Position numbers and translations under genes: made by a program
Shown: positions 20,285 through 30,026 of the stretch, piece by piece
Layout: the number at the start of each line of letters is the position of its first letter
Position numbering within the stretch: position 1 is the stretch's first letter
Notes under the pieces: model-generated
What the model saw: only the letters and a program-made list of their open reading frames with translations
What the model was told of the DNA's origin: nothing
Databases searched by the model: none
Source: a virus
IMG/VR virus record: IMGVR_UViG_3300015263_000627
Strand: one strand, 5' to 3'
DNA: 64,000 nt

Positions 20285-20794
20285 ATGGGAATAATGACTT
20301 ATATTATTTACAAAACTACAAATCTTATAAACGGAAAATATTATATTGGAAAACATAAAACTAATAATATCCATGATGGTTATATGGGGTCTGGATTAAG
20401 GTTGCAACGAGCTATTCAAAAATATGGTATTGATAATTTTTCATCTGAGATTATAATAGAAGTTAAAAATGAAAAAGAACTAAATTTGGCTGAACGGATT
20501 TTTGTAATTCCTGATAAGGAAATAAATTATAATCTTACTAAAGGGGGTCATGGTAGTTGGAGTCATAATCATAATCAAGAAATATATAAAAAAATTTCTG
20601 AATCCCATAGAAAAAATCCATTATTTATTGAAAAAGGCAGAATATTAGGAAATTCAAATAAAGGTAGAAAACATTCTGAAGAAATAAATAAAAAAAAGGG
20701 TAGAACTGGAGCAGCGAATGGTATGTATGGAAAAAAACATAAACCTGAAACTATAGAAAAGATACGAGTTGCTGCATACAATAGGAGTTTATAA
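20285..20794 (+). mobile_element. GIY-YIG homing endonuclease with NUMOD3-like motifs, upstream of gp21
   Basis: YIIYKTTNLINGKYYIGKH...GYMGSG; KGRKHSEE and MYGKKHKPETIEKI repeats. Confidence 0.9.
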
Positions 20795-20796
20795 TA

Positions 20797-21462
20797 ATGT
20801 CGTTAAAACTAATAACAGAACTTAACGAGGACGTTGAATATATCTTCGAAGAAAAGGAAGGTATGCGTCGATACTACATCAAAGGTGTTTTTGCCGAAGC
20901 TGATGTAGATAACCGTAACAAGCGTCGTTATCCTCTCCCAATTTTGGAAAAGGAAGTCAATCGTTACGTCAAGGAAAACGTTCAAAAGAATGCCGCTTTT
21001 GGAGAACTAGGTCACCCGACAGGCTCCAATATCAATCTTGACAGAGCATGTATCCTGATTAAAGAATTGAACAAAAATAACAATGCATTCATGGGTAAAG
21101 CTTTAGTCACTAATACTCCGGTTGGGCGCATTGTCGAAGGTTTGATATCCGATGGCGCAAGATTGGGAGTTTCAACTCGATCATTGGGTTCCCTTAAGCC
21201 AATTTCGGGGGGTATCAATGAAGTTCAAGACGATTTGAGACTATTGGCAGTTGATGTGGTTGCTGATCCTTCGGCTCCCAATGCATTTGTCAATGGAATC
21301 ATGGAAAACGTCGAATATATCTATGATGCTGCTAAAGATGCTTATATCGAGCAACATATTGACGATACTAAGAAAGCTTTGAGAGGTATGTCAATAAAGC
21401 AGATAAATGCAGCTAAATTAGCACTTTTTGAGGACTTTATTAACAAATTATCTAGCCGATAA
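20797..21462 (+). CDS. gp21: Prohead protease
   Basis: NRNKRRYP, AFGELGHP, GVSTRSLGS, DVVADPSAPNAFVNGIME. Confidence 0.97.
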   Translation: MSLKLITELNEDVEYIFEEKEGMRRYYIKGVFAEADVDNRNKRRYPLPILEKEVNRYVKENVQKNAAFGELGHPTGSNINLDRACILIKELNKNNNAFMGKALVTNTPVGRIVEGLISDGARLGVSTRSLGSLKPISGGINEVQDDLRLLAVDVVADPSAPNAFVNGIMENVEYIYDAAKDAYIEQHIDDTKKALRGMSIKQINAAKLALFEDFINKLSSR

Positions 21463-21464
21463 AA

Positions 21465-21472
21465 TATAAATA
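21465..21472 (+). promoter_or_regulatory. gp55-type late promoter for gp22
   Basis: TATAAATA. Relaxed NNTAAATA also occurs at 1243, 6845, 7657, 12728, 15108, 17642, 35841, 41478, 51391, 60888 and 49788 (minus). Confidence 0.8.
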
Positions 21473-21509
21473 CGAATAAATAGATTAGAGATTCAAGGAG
21501 AAACATAAC

Positions 21510-22550
21510 ATGGCACCGAAAAAGAAGCAAGAAACCATTAATGAACTTGATAATGCCGGAAACTCTACGGCGGCTCTGGATACATTGCAACCAAATTCTC
21601 GTCCGGTTGATGATCCAAAGACCAAGTTTCAAGTCATTGCCAATGTAATCGGAGCGTTGGCTCAAATTGACACGGCTGATCTGAATAAGTTTGGAGCAAG
21701 TCTTGCTCAAATCGGACAGGAAGCAACCACCATTCCGGATGGGGCTGCTGCTCATAATGCATCAACAATTGCAATGAAACCATCTGATGCTTCGGCTTCT
21801 GTCAAGGAAGCTATTCGGGCTGATGTTGAAACTCTATTAGCAAGTGGCGAAGGTCTATCCGAAGAATTTAAAACTCAAGCAGCTACCCTATTCGAAGCAG
21901 CACTCAATGCTCAAGTTCAGTTGAAAGAAATTGAACTACAAGAACAATTCGACAAAGAACTTGATGAAGCAATTACCGAAGTTACTCAAGCCCTAGCCGA
22001 AGAAGTCGATACTTACATTTCTTACACGGCGGCTGAATGGCTTAAGGAAAATGAAGTAGCTGTTGAATCGGCTCTACGAAATGAAATTTATGACGATTTC
22101 ATTCAAGGTTTGAAGTCGTTGTTTGAAGAACACTATATCACCATTCCCGAAGAAAAGGTTGATGTAGTCGAGACATTGGCTGAAAAAGTCGATGAACTTG
22201 AAAATCGTCTAAACGAAATGCTTTCCGAAAACGCCGAGCTTCAAAAGGTTGTTGCTGCTTATACTCGCGACGAAGCAATCAACAAGGTTTGTGAAGGTTT
22301 GACGATGAATGAAGCTGAAAAGTTGAAAGAATTAGCTGATGGTATCGAAGAAACTGACTCCGAAGCCTTTACCAAAAAGCTGGAAATCATCAAAGAATCC
22401 AACTTTGTGAAGGGTAAGAGCGGAGCCAAGGTTCTTGCTGAAACTATGGAGGAAGTTGATCCAAACAACGCTCCCCCAGCAGAAAAAGAATACGGTTCCC
22501 CTGAAATGAAAAAATATGCCGAAGCTATTTCAAGAACTGTGCGTAAATAA
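21510..22550 (+). CDS. gp22: Prohead core scaffold protein
   Basis: GLSEEFKTQAATLFEAAL, GLKSLFEEHYITIPEEKVDVVE; acidic coiled coil. Confidence 0.95.
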   Translation: MAPKKKQETINELDNAGNSTAALDTLQPNSRPVDDPKTKFQVIANVIGALAQIDTADLNKFGASLAQIGQEATTIPDGAAAHNASTIAMKPSDASASVKEAIRADVETLLASGEGLSEEFKTQAATLFEAALNAQVQLKEIELQEQFDKELDEAITEVTQALAEEVDTYISYTAAEWLKENEVAVESALRNEIYDDFIQGLKSLFEEHYITIPEEKVDVVETLAEKVDELENRLNEMLSENAELQKVVAAYTRDEAINKVCEGLTMNEAEKLKELADGIEETDSEAFTKKLEIIKESNFVKGKSGAKVLAETMEEVDPNNAPPAEKEYGSPEMKKYAEAISRTVRK

Positions 22551-22558
22551 ACGATTTA

Positions 22559-22566
22559 TATAAATA
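22559..22566 (+). promoter_or_regulatory. gp55-type late promoter for gp23
   Basis: TATAAATA. Confidence 0.85.
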
Positions 22567-22600
22567 TATAACCTAAAGAATATAATAGGGAGAAAAACAA

Positions 22601-24040
22601 ATGCGTGATATGTTGGCGGAAGAAGTCCAAAAAAAGTGGAAGGCTATCCTTGAACATGAGGACCTTCCGGCAATTAAGGATGCTAATCGACGTTGGGTAG
22701 TTGCCCAATTGTTGGAAAATAGCGAACGAGAGCTTGGTCAATACACCGACAAAAGCCAGTTCCTTACTGAATCACAACCAACCAACTCCATGGGTCTATC
22801 GTCTTCAACCCCGGGAACTGGTAACATCGATACATTCGATCCGGTTTTGATTTCTCTAATTCGACGTGCAATGCCAAATTTGATCGCTTATGATCTTTGT
22901 GGTGTTCAACCTATGACCGGTCCAACCGGACTTATTTTTGCTATGCGTTCACGCTATGCTCCTGTTGAATCCGGTGTTGCTAACGCGGGTGGTCCAGAAG
23001 CCTTCTTCTATGAAGCTAATACTGGTTTCTCTGCTCGTGGTGGTGCTAATGCTGCTTCAAATACCCAGTTTGGTCAGACTGATCAGCCGTATGCTAACAA
23101 CACGGTTCCGGGTGGTGGTGCCAACAACGTTGGAGCTAATACAACTTATAGCCTTCCGGGTGTAAGTAACAACGCTGGTAACAGCACATATAACTACGCT
23201 GGAACCCTATTGACGGCAACAGCCGAAGGTCTTGGTAGCAATAGCATTCAGCAATTCCCTGAAATGTCATTCTCTATCGAAAGCGTTGCGGTCAAGGCTG
23301 GTACTCGTGCTTTGAAAGCTGAATATTCGATGGAACTTGCTCAAGACCTTAAGGCTATTCATGGTCTTGATGCTGAAAGCGAATTGTCTAACATTCTGTC
23401 CACTGAAATCTTGGCAGAAATCAATCGTGAAATTGTCCGCGCTTTGAACGTGGTTGCAGTTTCCGGCGCTCAAGAAGATGTTACCTCTCCGGGTATATTT
23501 GACCTTGACGTTGATGCGAATGGTCGTTGGATGATTGAAAAGTTCAAGGGACTTCACTTCCAGCTTGAACGTGAAGCAAACCAAATCGCCAAGCAGACTC
23601 GTCGCGGTAAGGGTAACTTCGTTCTTTGCTCGTCAGATGTGGCGTCGGCTCTACAAGCAACCGGCTTCCTATCTAATACCCCGGCATTGAACGCAAACAA
23701 CCTACAGGTTGACGATATGGGTAACACTTTTGCAGGTATATTGAACAACCGTATGAAAGTTTATGTTGATCCGTATGCTCTTGGTGGTCAGTATATGACT
23801 GTCGGTTATAAGGGTAACAACCCATTTGACGCTGGTTTCTTCTACTGTCCATATGTTCCGCTACAAATGGTTCGGGCAGTTGATCCGAATACCTTCCAAC
23901 CAAAGATTGGTTTCAAGACCCGATATGGTATTGTCGCTAATCCGTTCGCAGTTGGTATGCCAGCGGCTCATGTTGCAGGAACAATGGTTCAGGACAGCAA
24001 CCAATACTACCGCCGCATTATAGTTACCAACCTACAGTAA
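22601..24040 (+). CDS. gp23: Major capsid protein
   Basis: VQPMTGPTGLIFAMR, LKAEYSMELAQDLKAIHGLDAE, FQPKIGFKTRYG. Confidence 0.99.
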   Translation: MRDMLAEEVQKKWKAILEHEDLPAIKDANRRWVVAQLLENSERELGQYTDKSQFLTESQPTNSMGLSSSTPGTGNIDTFDPVLISLIRRAMPNLIAYDLCGVQPMTGPTGLIFAMRSRYAPVESGVANAGGPEAFFYEANTGFSARGGANAASNTQFGQTDQPYANNTVPGGGANNVGANTTYSLPGVSNNAGNSTYNYAGTLLTATAEGLGSNSIQQFPEMSFSIESVAVKAGTRALKAEYSMELAQDLKAIHGLDAESELSNILSTEILAEINREIVRALNVVAVSGAQEDVTSPGIFDLDVDANGRWMIEKFKGLHFQLEREANQIAKQTRRGKGNFVLCSSDVASALQATGFLSNTPALNANNLQVDDMGNTFAGILNNRMKVYVDPYALGGQYMTVGYKGNNPFDAGFFYCPYVPLQMVRAVDPNTFQPKIGFKTRYGIVANPFAVGMPAAHVAGTMVQDSNQYYRRIIVTNLQ

Positions 24041-24063
24041 TAGTAGGGTAACTACCAAACTTA

Positions 24064-24095
24064 GAAGGGGGCTTAATTGCCCCCTTCCTTTTTTT
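24064..24095 (+). terminator. Intrinsic terminator after gp23
   Basis: GAAGGGGGC-ttaatt-GCCCCCTTC followed by a T-run. Confidence 0.9.
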
Positions 24096-24690
24096 GTAAT
24101 AATCTTCCAAGCTCTACTATAGTAGATGTATGTTGTAGGCTTTCATGGTGGGATGAATTAATAGTCTTTATTTGAGCTATTTTCGGTTTCCATTTGATTT
24201 GGGAAGAAACAGTAACCACTCCGTCATTTGGTTCAAAAATAACCGGATTGAAACCACTTGTTGAAACAATCATGGTCATTGGTTTGGAATATACATTCGA
24301 ATGTATCTTTTGAATAATCGGCGCATTCTCCATGATATCCTCAAGAACCGGGGATCGATGATTAAGATAAAACATCAATAATCGGTTATACTTCAAACCC
24401 GATAAAGGGGAGGAAATAGTCAACAGACTTTTAACGTTTCGATTTTTTGAAATACCTGCCGAAATAATACCCCCCAAAGAATGACCAACAAGAATAACAT
24501 CATTATCAATTTTCTTGACTTGCTCGTTGGCTTTCTCTATAATATTTGAGACATTTTCGGTTGAATTATAACTAAAGGCATGAATTTGATTTACTTCCGG
24601 ATGTTTTGAAAATACGGAGATTAAATAATTAAAAGATGTTGGGGAAGACCATGCCCCATGGATAAGAAATAAATCAGTTTTTTCAGCCAT
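24073..24690 (-). CDS. Alpha/beta hydrolase (esterase/lipase-like)
   Basis: LIHGAW oxyanion motif, GHSLGG nucleophile elbow, DGVV and C-terminal His; likely ATG 24690. Confidence 0.88.
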   Translation of the reverse strand: MAEKTDLFLIHGAWSSPTSFNYLISVFSKHPEVNQIHAFSYNSTENVSNIIEKANEQVKKIDNDVILVGHSLGGIISAGISKNRNVKSLLTISSPLSGLKYNRLLMFYLNHRSPVLEDIMENAPIIQKIHSNVYSKPMTMIVSTSGFNPVIFEPNDGVVTVSSQIKWKPKIAQIKTINSSHHESLQHTSTIVELGRLLQKKEGGN

Positions 24691-24707
24691 TATATGATAT
24701 TTATCTC

Positions 24708-24736
24708 TTGACAAACACACTGTTTTATGATACAAT
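24708..24736 (+). promoter_or_regulatory. Sigma70-like early promoter for the BA14K gene
   Basis: TTGACA-17 nt-TACAAT. Confidence 0.8.
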
Positions 24737-24756
24737 TTACAAAAATAGGAGACAAA

Positions 24757-25062
24757 ATGTATAAATTTCTATCAGCTTTTATTATAGCAATAACTCTAAT
24801 CGCAACCCCGGCTCTGGCTCGCCCATATCATGGCGGCGGTCATTGGGGTGGGGGTCACTATCGAGGCGGTCATTATAATTATCATAACAATTTTTGGGTT
24901 GCTCCTGCTATCATTGGGGGAGCCATTCTTGGTTCAGCTTTGATCTATAATGGCACTCGATATAACGATGCTGTTGAATATTGTCGAGCAAGATATCGTT
25001 CATATGATCCTTATTCCCAAACCTATCTAGGAAAGGATGGTTGGCGGCATCCTTGTCCCTAA
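24757..25062 (+). CDS. BA14K-family secreted protein
   Basis: Signal peptide, Gly/His-rich linker, YCRARYRSYDPYSQTYLGKDGWRHPCP motif. Confidence 0.85.
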   Translation: MYKFLSAFIIAITLIATPALARPYHGGGHWGGGHYRGGHYNYHNNFWVAPAIIGGAILGSALIYNGTRYNDAVEYCRARYRSYDPYSQTYLGKDGWRHPCP

Positions 25063-25089
25063 ATATTAGGGGTAACAAGGAAAGCGAGC

Positions 25090-25665
25090 ATGAATTGGAC
25101 AAATTCAACATCAAATTATTGGACAGAATCGACTGAAAAACATACAGCGGTCAGTAACGATCCGGAAAATAACCAATTTTTATCACCCGTAAATTTCAAG
25201 TTCATCTTGAAACGTGCCCCCAACTTGAATTTTTTTCTACAAAAGGTGAATCTTCCTCGAATAAACATACCCCCGGCTAAAGAACCAACTCCATTTGCAG
25301 ATCGTTGGTTACCGGGGGTTGATGTTGTATTTGATCCTTTGAATATTACTTTCCGGGTTGATGAAGATTTGAAAAATTGGAAAGAAATTTATAACTGGTC
25401 AATGGCTCTTGGTGAAGCAAAAAGCCTACATCCTTATAGACATTTGGAATTAAAACCAACATGGACAGGGGAAGGTGTTTTTTCGGATATAACCGTAACA
25501 ATTCTTGATTCTCTAAAAAATCCTAACATTACTTTCTATTACCATGATTGTTTTCCAATCTCTATAAGTCAGGTAATGTTTGATGCTACTCCTAACGCAA
25601 TAAATCATGCTATGTGTGAAGTATCTTTTCGATATATCAATTTTGATATTGAAACAGTAGTATAA
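25090..25665 (+). CDS. gp3: Tail completion / sheath stabiliser protein
   Basis: NQFLSPVNFKF...FFLQKVNLP; DPLNITFRVDEDLKNWKEIYNW; position before uvsY/uvsW. Confidence 0.85.
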   Translation: MNWTNSTSNYWTESTEKHTAVSNDPENNQFLSPVNFKFILKRAPNLNFFLQKVNLPRINIPPAKEPTPFADRWLPGVDVVFDPLNITFRVDEDLKNWKEIYNWSMALGEAKSLHPYRHLELKPTWTGEGVFSDITVTILDSLKNPNITFYYHDCFPISISQVMFDATPNAINHAMCEVSFRYINFDIETVV

Positions 25666-25771
25666 CCGATATATCGGGTCAATAGGCGGTATAAACCTGT
25701 TTTATCAGGTCAGACCTGTTACTATATAGTAAATATAGCATATATATGTAACATTTGATAGTATATACTAT
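25666..25771. repeat. Cluster of four palindromes / inverted repeats
   Basis: CCGATATATCGG 25666-77; CAGGTC-A-GACCTG 25706-18; TTACTATATAGTAA 25719-32; ATAGTATATACTAT 25758-71. Confidence 0.85.
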
Positions 25772-25831
25772 AATTTTGGATACGTCAAGTCTTTTTTTCA
25801 TCTTGACTTATCCCTATAAACATGGTATTAT
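25760..25831. promoter_or_regulatory. Divergent sigma70-like promoter pair
   Basis: Minus: TTGACG-17-TATACT (25788 to 25760). Plus: TTGACT-17-TATTAT (25803-25831). Confidence 0.7.
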
Positions 25832-25869
25832 TGTTACAATTCCCCTCTTATATGGAAAATTTATAAATT

Positions 25870-26076
25870 ATGAATAAAAATGTCTGGATAGCTACCGGTA
25901 TCGGTATTGCTATTTATTGTACGTTTTTTTTATTTGGTGTTTGGTATCTTGCTATTGATCCAGAAAAAGTAAATGGTTTTGTTATAATTTTTATAACATT
26001 GATGAATTATGCTTTATTCAATATGATTTTAGGAATATCGATGCTTATTTTTGGAGATAAAGAAAATGCAGCTTGA
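25870..26076 (+). CDS. Small membrane protein
   Basis: Two hydrophobic segments in 68 aa. Confidence 0.55.
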   Translation: MNKNVWIATGIGIAIYCTFFLFGVWYLAIDPEKVNGFVIIFITLMNYALFNMILGISMLIFGDKENAA

Positions 26077-26521
26077 GGAAATACTTGCCGAATGGGATAA
26101 GGATGTAGAAATCAACTACACCGAATTGGGTGAAGAAGCTCGCAAGATACCCCGGCTTCATGCCAAATATCTGCGAATGTTGACCATGGAAAAACTGACC
26201 TTGAAACAATTGGAATCCAAGTTCAAGAAATTCAAGTTTACCAAACAGCAATATTATCTGGATGGTCCGTCCAATATGGCGGAATTTGAACAAAAGAAAA
26301 AGGAATGGAAAACTGTTCCGGAAATCCAGCGCACCATTCCCCGTACCCTTGTTGATGGTTATCTGGAAGTTGATGAAGATATTGATACTATGAAGCTTAG
26401 ATTGGAATTGGCTCAAACCAAAATCGATGCTTTGGATTTTATCATGAAATCGATCATGCAAAGATCATATTTGATAAACAATATGATCACATGGCAGCAA
26501 TGGAACGGAGGCGGTAAGTGA
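26066..26521 (+). CDS. uvsY: Recombination mediator
   Basis: IPRLHAKYL, YLEVDEDI, QRSYLINNMITWQQWNGG; upstream of uvsW. Confidence 0.9.
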   Translation: MQLEEILAEWDKDVEINYTELGEEARKIPRLHAKYLRMLTMEKLTLKQLESKFKKFKFTKQQYYLDGPSNMAEFEQKKKEWKTVPEIQRTIPRTLVDGYLEVDEDIDTMKLRLELAQTKIDALDFIMKSIMQRSYLINNMITWQQWNGGGK

Positions 26522-27126
26522 TTGATATTTTATATACCGGGGGAGCCAAGGGAGCCGATACAATATTCAGTGATTGTGCGGATCAGGTTGGTCATAAGGT
26601 ATATCAAATGACCTTTCCCAATCATAAGATTTCGGAAAATGTTCATGGGGAATTTGTGACCCTGACGGAACATGAATTGAAAGCTGCTGATCCGTTTCTC
26701 AAACAAGCCAATAAAACCCTGAAACGGGGATTGGGACGTAGCCTTTATGTCCGCAATCTTTTGCGTCGTAATTACTATCAAATCAAGGATACGGAACGGG
26801 TTTATGCGATTGCTCCAATAGATTCCGATACCCAATTAGTTGAGGGGGGGACTGCATGGGCAGTCACAATGGCTATTGATAAAAAGGTTCCAGAAATTTA
26901 TGTGTTTGATTTGAATGAAAGCAAATGGTTCAAATATATGCATGAACGGAATTTTTTGCAAGCTTTATGGGCGGCTCCCCAAGGTGGATGGCAACCCCCA
27001 TACCCCCATGGAAAATATACCGGTATTGGTTCGTGTGAATTGACTGATGCTGGAAAAGATGCTATCTATAATCTCTATATTGGTAAACATTTTTGGGAAT
27101 ATATGTCTGATGATTTCAAATGGTAG
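26518..27126 (+). CDS. SLOG-superfamily-like nucleotide-binding protein
   Basis: TGGAKGAD and GGTAWAV motifs, LRRN. Confidence 0.6.
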   Translation: MIDILYTGGAKGADTIFSDCADQVGHKVYQMTFPNHKISENVHGEFVTLTEHELKAADPFLKQANKTLKRGLGRSLYVRNLLRRNYYQIKDTERVYAIAPIDSDTQLVEGGTAWAVTMAIDKKVPEIYVFDLNESKWFKYMHERNFLQALWAAPQGGWQPPYPHGKYTGIGSCELTDAGKDAIYNLYIGKHFWEYMSDDFKW

Positions 27127-27134
27127 GAATAAAT

Positions 27135-27311
27135 ATGTCTAAATGGCGAAAAGTTGTTTGTTCAAAATGTGGAAGCGATCAATGCTTTCCAACATTTTTC
27201 CGTAATGATGCTCAATGTTTCAAATGTGAAACCGAGTTCAATATGCGTGGGTATGATAGTTGGTGGGATAAGATCATGCGCCGCTTTATTTATCCTCATA
27301 TTACGATATGA
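27135..27311 (+). CDS. Small zinc-ribbon protein
   Basis: CSKC...CFKC. Confidence 0.5.
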   Translation: MSKWRKVVCSKCGSDQCFPTFFRNDAQCFKCETEFNMRGYDSWWDKIMRRFIYPHITI

Positions 27312-28807
27312 CCGATATAATAGTTCATGCTCTCAATGCAGTTCATAATGTTATTGAATCTGATGCCGGGATCGCAGCGGATTTGCATGACTATTTTTCA
27401 TTCGATGTTCCCGGCGCTCATTACATAATCAATAGAGCCAAATATCGCGCTAACCTAACTGGACAACCGGTAAAGTTTTCAGGCTGGAACGGCAAGATCA
27501 ATCTTTTCAATAAAAGAAACCATAAGCTATATGCTGGTCTAAACCAAAAACTGGCAAATTTTGCCGAAGCCAACCAGCTAACCATTGAATTTGATTATAA
27601 TCCTTTGGTAGAATTTTCCGTGGATGATGCCCGAAAATTCATCCAGACCTTGAACATCCCCGACAAATATGATGAACGTTATTATCAGCTAAATTCTTTT
27701 GTTCATTGTGTCCAAAATCGGCGTAATATTATCCTAGCCCCAACCGGTAGTGGAAAATCGATTATCATCTATCAATTGATCAAGTATTTCATGAATCAAC
27801 CCAAGGTTTTGTTCATTGTTCCGACTATTGGTTTGCTTCATCAAATTGTGAAAGATGTTAGGGATTATGGGTGGGAATTTCCCGAAGAATTTATCCATCA
27901 AATATCGGCTGGTATTGATAAAGATTCCAACCATGGTATCTATGTTTCAACATGGCAATCCATCTACGAACTACCCAAGGATTATTTCAAACAATTCCGG
28001 ACAGTAATGATTGATGAAGTCCATGGAGCCGATGCTAAGTCTCTCAAGGGTATCATGGAAAAACTGACCCTATGTCCGAATCGATTCGGGTTTACCGGCA
28101 CCTTGAAGGATACCCTATGTCATAAGCTGGTTCTGGAAGGGTTATTTGGACCGCCATATATAGCAGCGACAACTACCGAATTGATTGAAGCTAAATATTT
28201 GTCTGATTTGACAATAAAATGCCTTATTTTGCAGTATAATCAGGATATTTGCCAAAAAATATTTGGTAAAAGCTATGCTGACGAGATAGATTTCCTTGTA
28301 AACCATGAACCAAGAAATAATTTCATAAAAAACTTGACATTATCCCTAAATGGGAATATACTCTTATTGTTCCGAAAGATTGATCACGGTAAGATTTTAT
28401 TCGATAAAATTAAAAAAGAGGCGAAAAATAAGTCAGTTCATTTGATTTATGGGGGAGTTCCGGGGGAAGAACGAGAAATGATCCGGCAAATCCTAAATAC
28501 GGAGAAAAATGCTATTTTGGTTGGGTCTTACGGAACAGTTTCAACCGGGATAGATATTCCAAGCCTTCAACATGTTATTTTGGGAAGTCCGTATAAGAGC
28601 CGAATCAAGGTGCTGCAATCAATTGGGCGAGGATTACGACCACATGCCGACAAGGAAAAGCTTACGGTTTATGATGTTGTAGATGATATGACCCGTCGAA
28701 CCAAACGTGTGGCTAGACAGAATTATACCTTGAAGCATTTCATAAATAGGATAAGTATATATAATGAAGAAGGGTTTGATTATAAGACTTATAGGATAGG
28801 AATATGA
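27308..28807 (+). CDS. uvsW: SF2 DNA helicase
   Basis: APTGSGKS, IDEVH, GFTGT, LQSIGRGLR. Confidence 0.97.
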   Translation: MTDIIVHALNAVHNVIESDAGIAADLHDYFSFDVPGAHYIINRAKYRANLTGQPVKFSGWNGKINLFNKRNHKLYAGLNQKLANFAEANQLTIEFDYNPLVEFSVDDARKFIQTLNIPDKYDERYYQLNSFVHCVQNRRNIILAPTGSGKSIIIYQLIKYFMNQPKVLFIVPTIGLLHQIVKDVRDYGWEFPEEFIHQISAGIDKDSNHGIYVSTWQSIYELPKDYFKQFRTVMIDEVHGADAKSLKGIMEKLTLCPNRFGFTGTLKDTLCHKLVLEGLFGPPYIAATTTELIEAKYLSDLTIKCLILQYNQDICQKIFGKSYADEIDFLVNHEPRNNFIKNLTLSLNGNILLLFRKIDHGKILFDKIKKEAKNKSVHLIYGGVPGEEREMIRQILNTEKNAILVGSYGTVSTGIDIPSLQHVILGSPYKSRIKVLQSIGRGLRPHADKEKLTVYDVVDDMTRRTKRVARQNYTLKHFINRISIYNEEGFDYKTYRIGI

Positions 28808-28808
28808 A

Positions 28809-29336
28809 ATGGAAATTATTTCTCAGAAAGAAGCCAAAAAACAAAACTTACGATTTTATTTTACTGGAAAATCTTGCAAACGTGGTCATATAGTTCCAAG
28901 ATATGTTGCTAGTGGGGATTGTGAAATTTGTAGTAAAAATCGTCGTGCAATTTATCGAACATTAAATGAAGATAAACTTAAATTATGGTTTAAAGATCAT
29001 CATAAAAAAACATATACAACAGAAAAACGCCGTATTCAACATCATAAACATATAGTTACTGAACTTTATCATCGTGCTAAATGTAGAGCAAAAAAACTTA
29101 ATTTAAAATTTACAATAAGTAAAGAAGATATAATTATTCCTAAAAAATGTCCAGTGTTAGGTATCTCTTTAGATTATCGTGATAAAAAACATGTTCCAAG
29201 TTTAGATAGAAGAATACCATCAAAAGGATATATTAAAAACAATATTAATGTTATTAGTATGAAAGCAAATAGATTAAAAAATAATGGAACAGTAGAAGAT
29301 TTTACAAAAATAATTTCATATATGAAAGGAGAATGA
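28809..29336 (+). mobile_element. HNH-type homing endonuclease candidate
   Basis: YFTGKSCKRGH...CEIC N-terminus; CPVLG...PSLDRRIPSKGYIKNNINVISMKANRLKN; more AT-rich than its flanks. Confidence 0.75.
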
Positions 29337-29337
29337 A

Positions 29338-29658
29338 ATGAATAATGGTTCGGTTAGTGATAGATGGACAGTAAAAATGTCGGACGCAATTGCAAAGGAT
29401 ACACTTTGTTCTATATTACAAGATATAAACATTGATTTTCAAAGGTTAATCAAGGTAATTGAACATTTGAATATAATTGGGGATCGTTTGCAAGGGCAAC
29501 GTCCTACTGCGGAAAAAAGTCCGAGTAAACTTGATACTCCTCCATATTCGGTTTATGATGAATTAAAACAAAAAAGATTAACATTGCAACGTTATACATC
29601 TCAACTTGAGGAAGCAACCGCAAGAATAGATAACGTTATTGGAGGATTGGCGCAATGA
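29338..29658 (+). CDS. Hypothetical coiled-coil protein
   Basis: 106 aa ORF with RBS in an operon. Confidence 0.55.
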   Translation: MNNGSVSDRWTVKMSDAIAKDTLCSILQDINIDFQRLIKVIEHLNIIGDRLQGQRPTAEKSPSKLDTPPYSVYDELKQKRLTLQRYTSQLEEATARIDNVIGGLAQ

Positions 29659-30026
29659 GCCTTATAAATCAAGCTAAAGTAGAATTGGACCTTATCAATT
29701 TTGGCGAGGAAGATACCCGAGTTATGATTGAAATTCTTGAAAAATTCTTTGATCAATGGGATAGTGGGGGAGCCGTAGCAACGGTTCAACCAATTCTAAA
29801 TCGTTGTATTGCGGGTAAGCCACTTTCTCCCCTCATGGGAACCGATGATGAATTTGTCGAAGTTGGAACTGGAGTATTTCAAAACAAGCGATGTTCAACG
29901 GTATTCAAGGAAGATGGGCGAGCTTATGATATTGATACACCGGGACGCCCAACAATTACTTTCCCCTATAATCCGAGAAAATCAACTGTAGATTTTCCAA
30001 TTTACGAAATAAAAACAAAGGAATGA
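29655..30026 (+). CDS. Hypothetical protein
   Basis: 123 aa; KPLSPL.GTDDE and FQNKRCSTVFK motifs; ATGA overlaps. Confidence 0.6.
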   Translation: MSLINQAKVELDLINFGEEDTRVMIEILEKFFDQWDSGGAVATVQPILNRCIAGKPLSPLMGTDDEFVEVGTGVFQNKRCSTVFKEDGRAYDIDTPGRPTITFPYNPRKSTVDFPIYEIKTKE

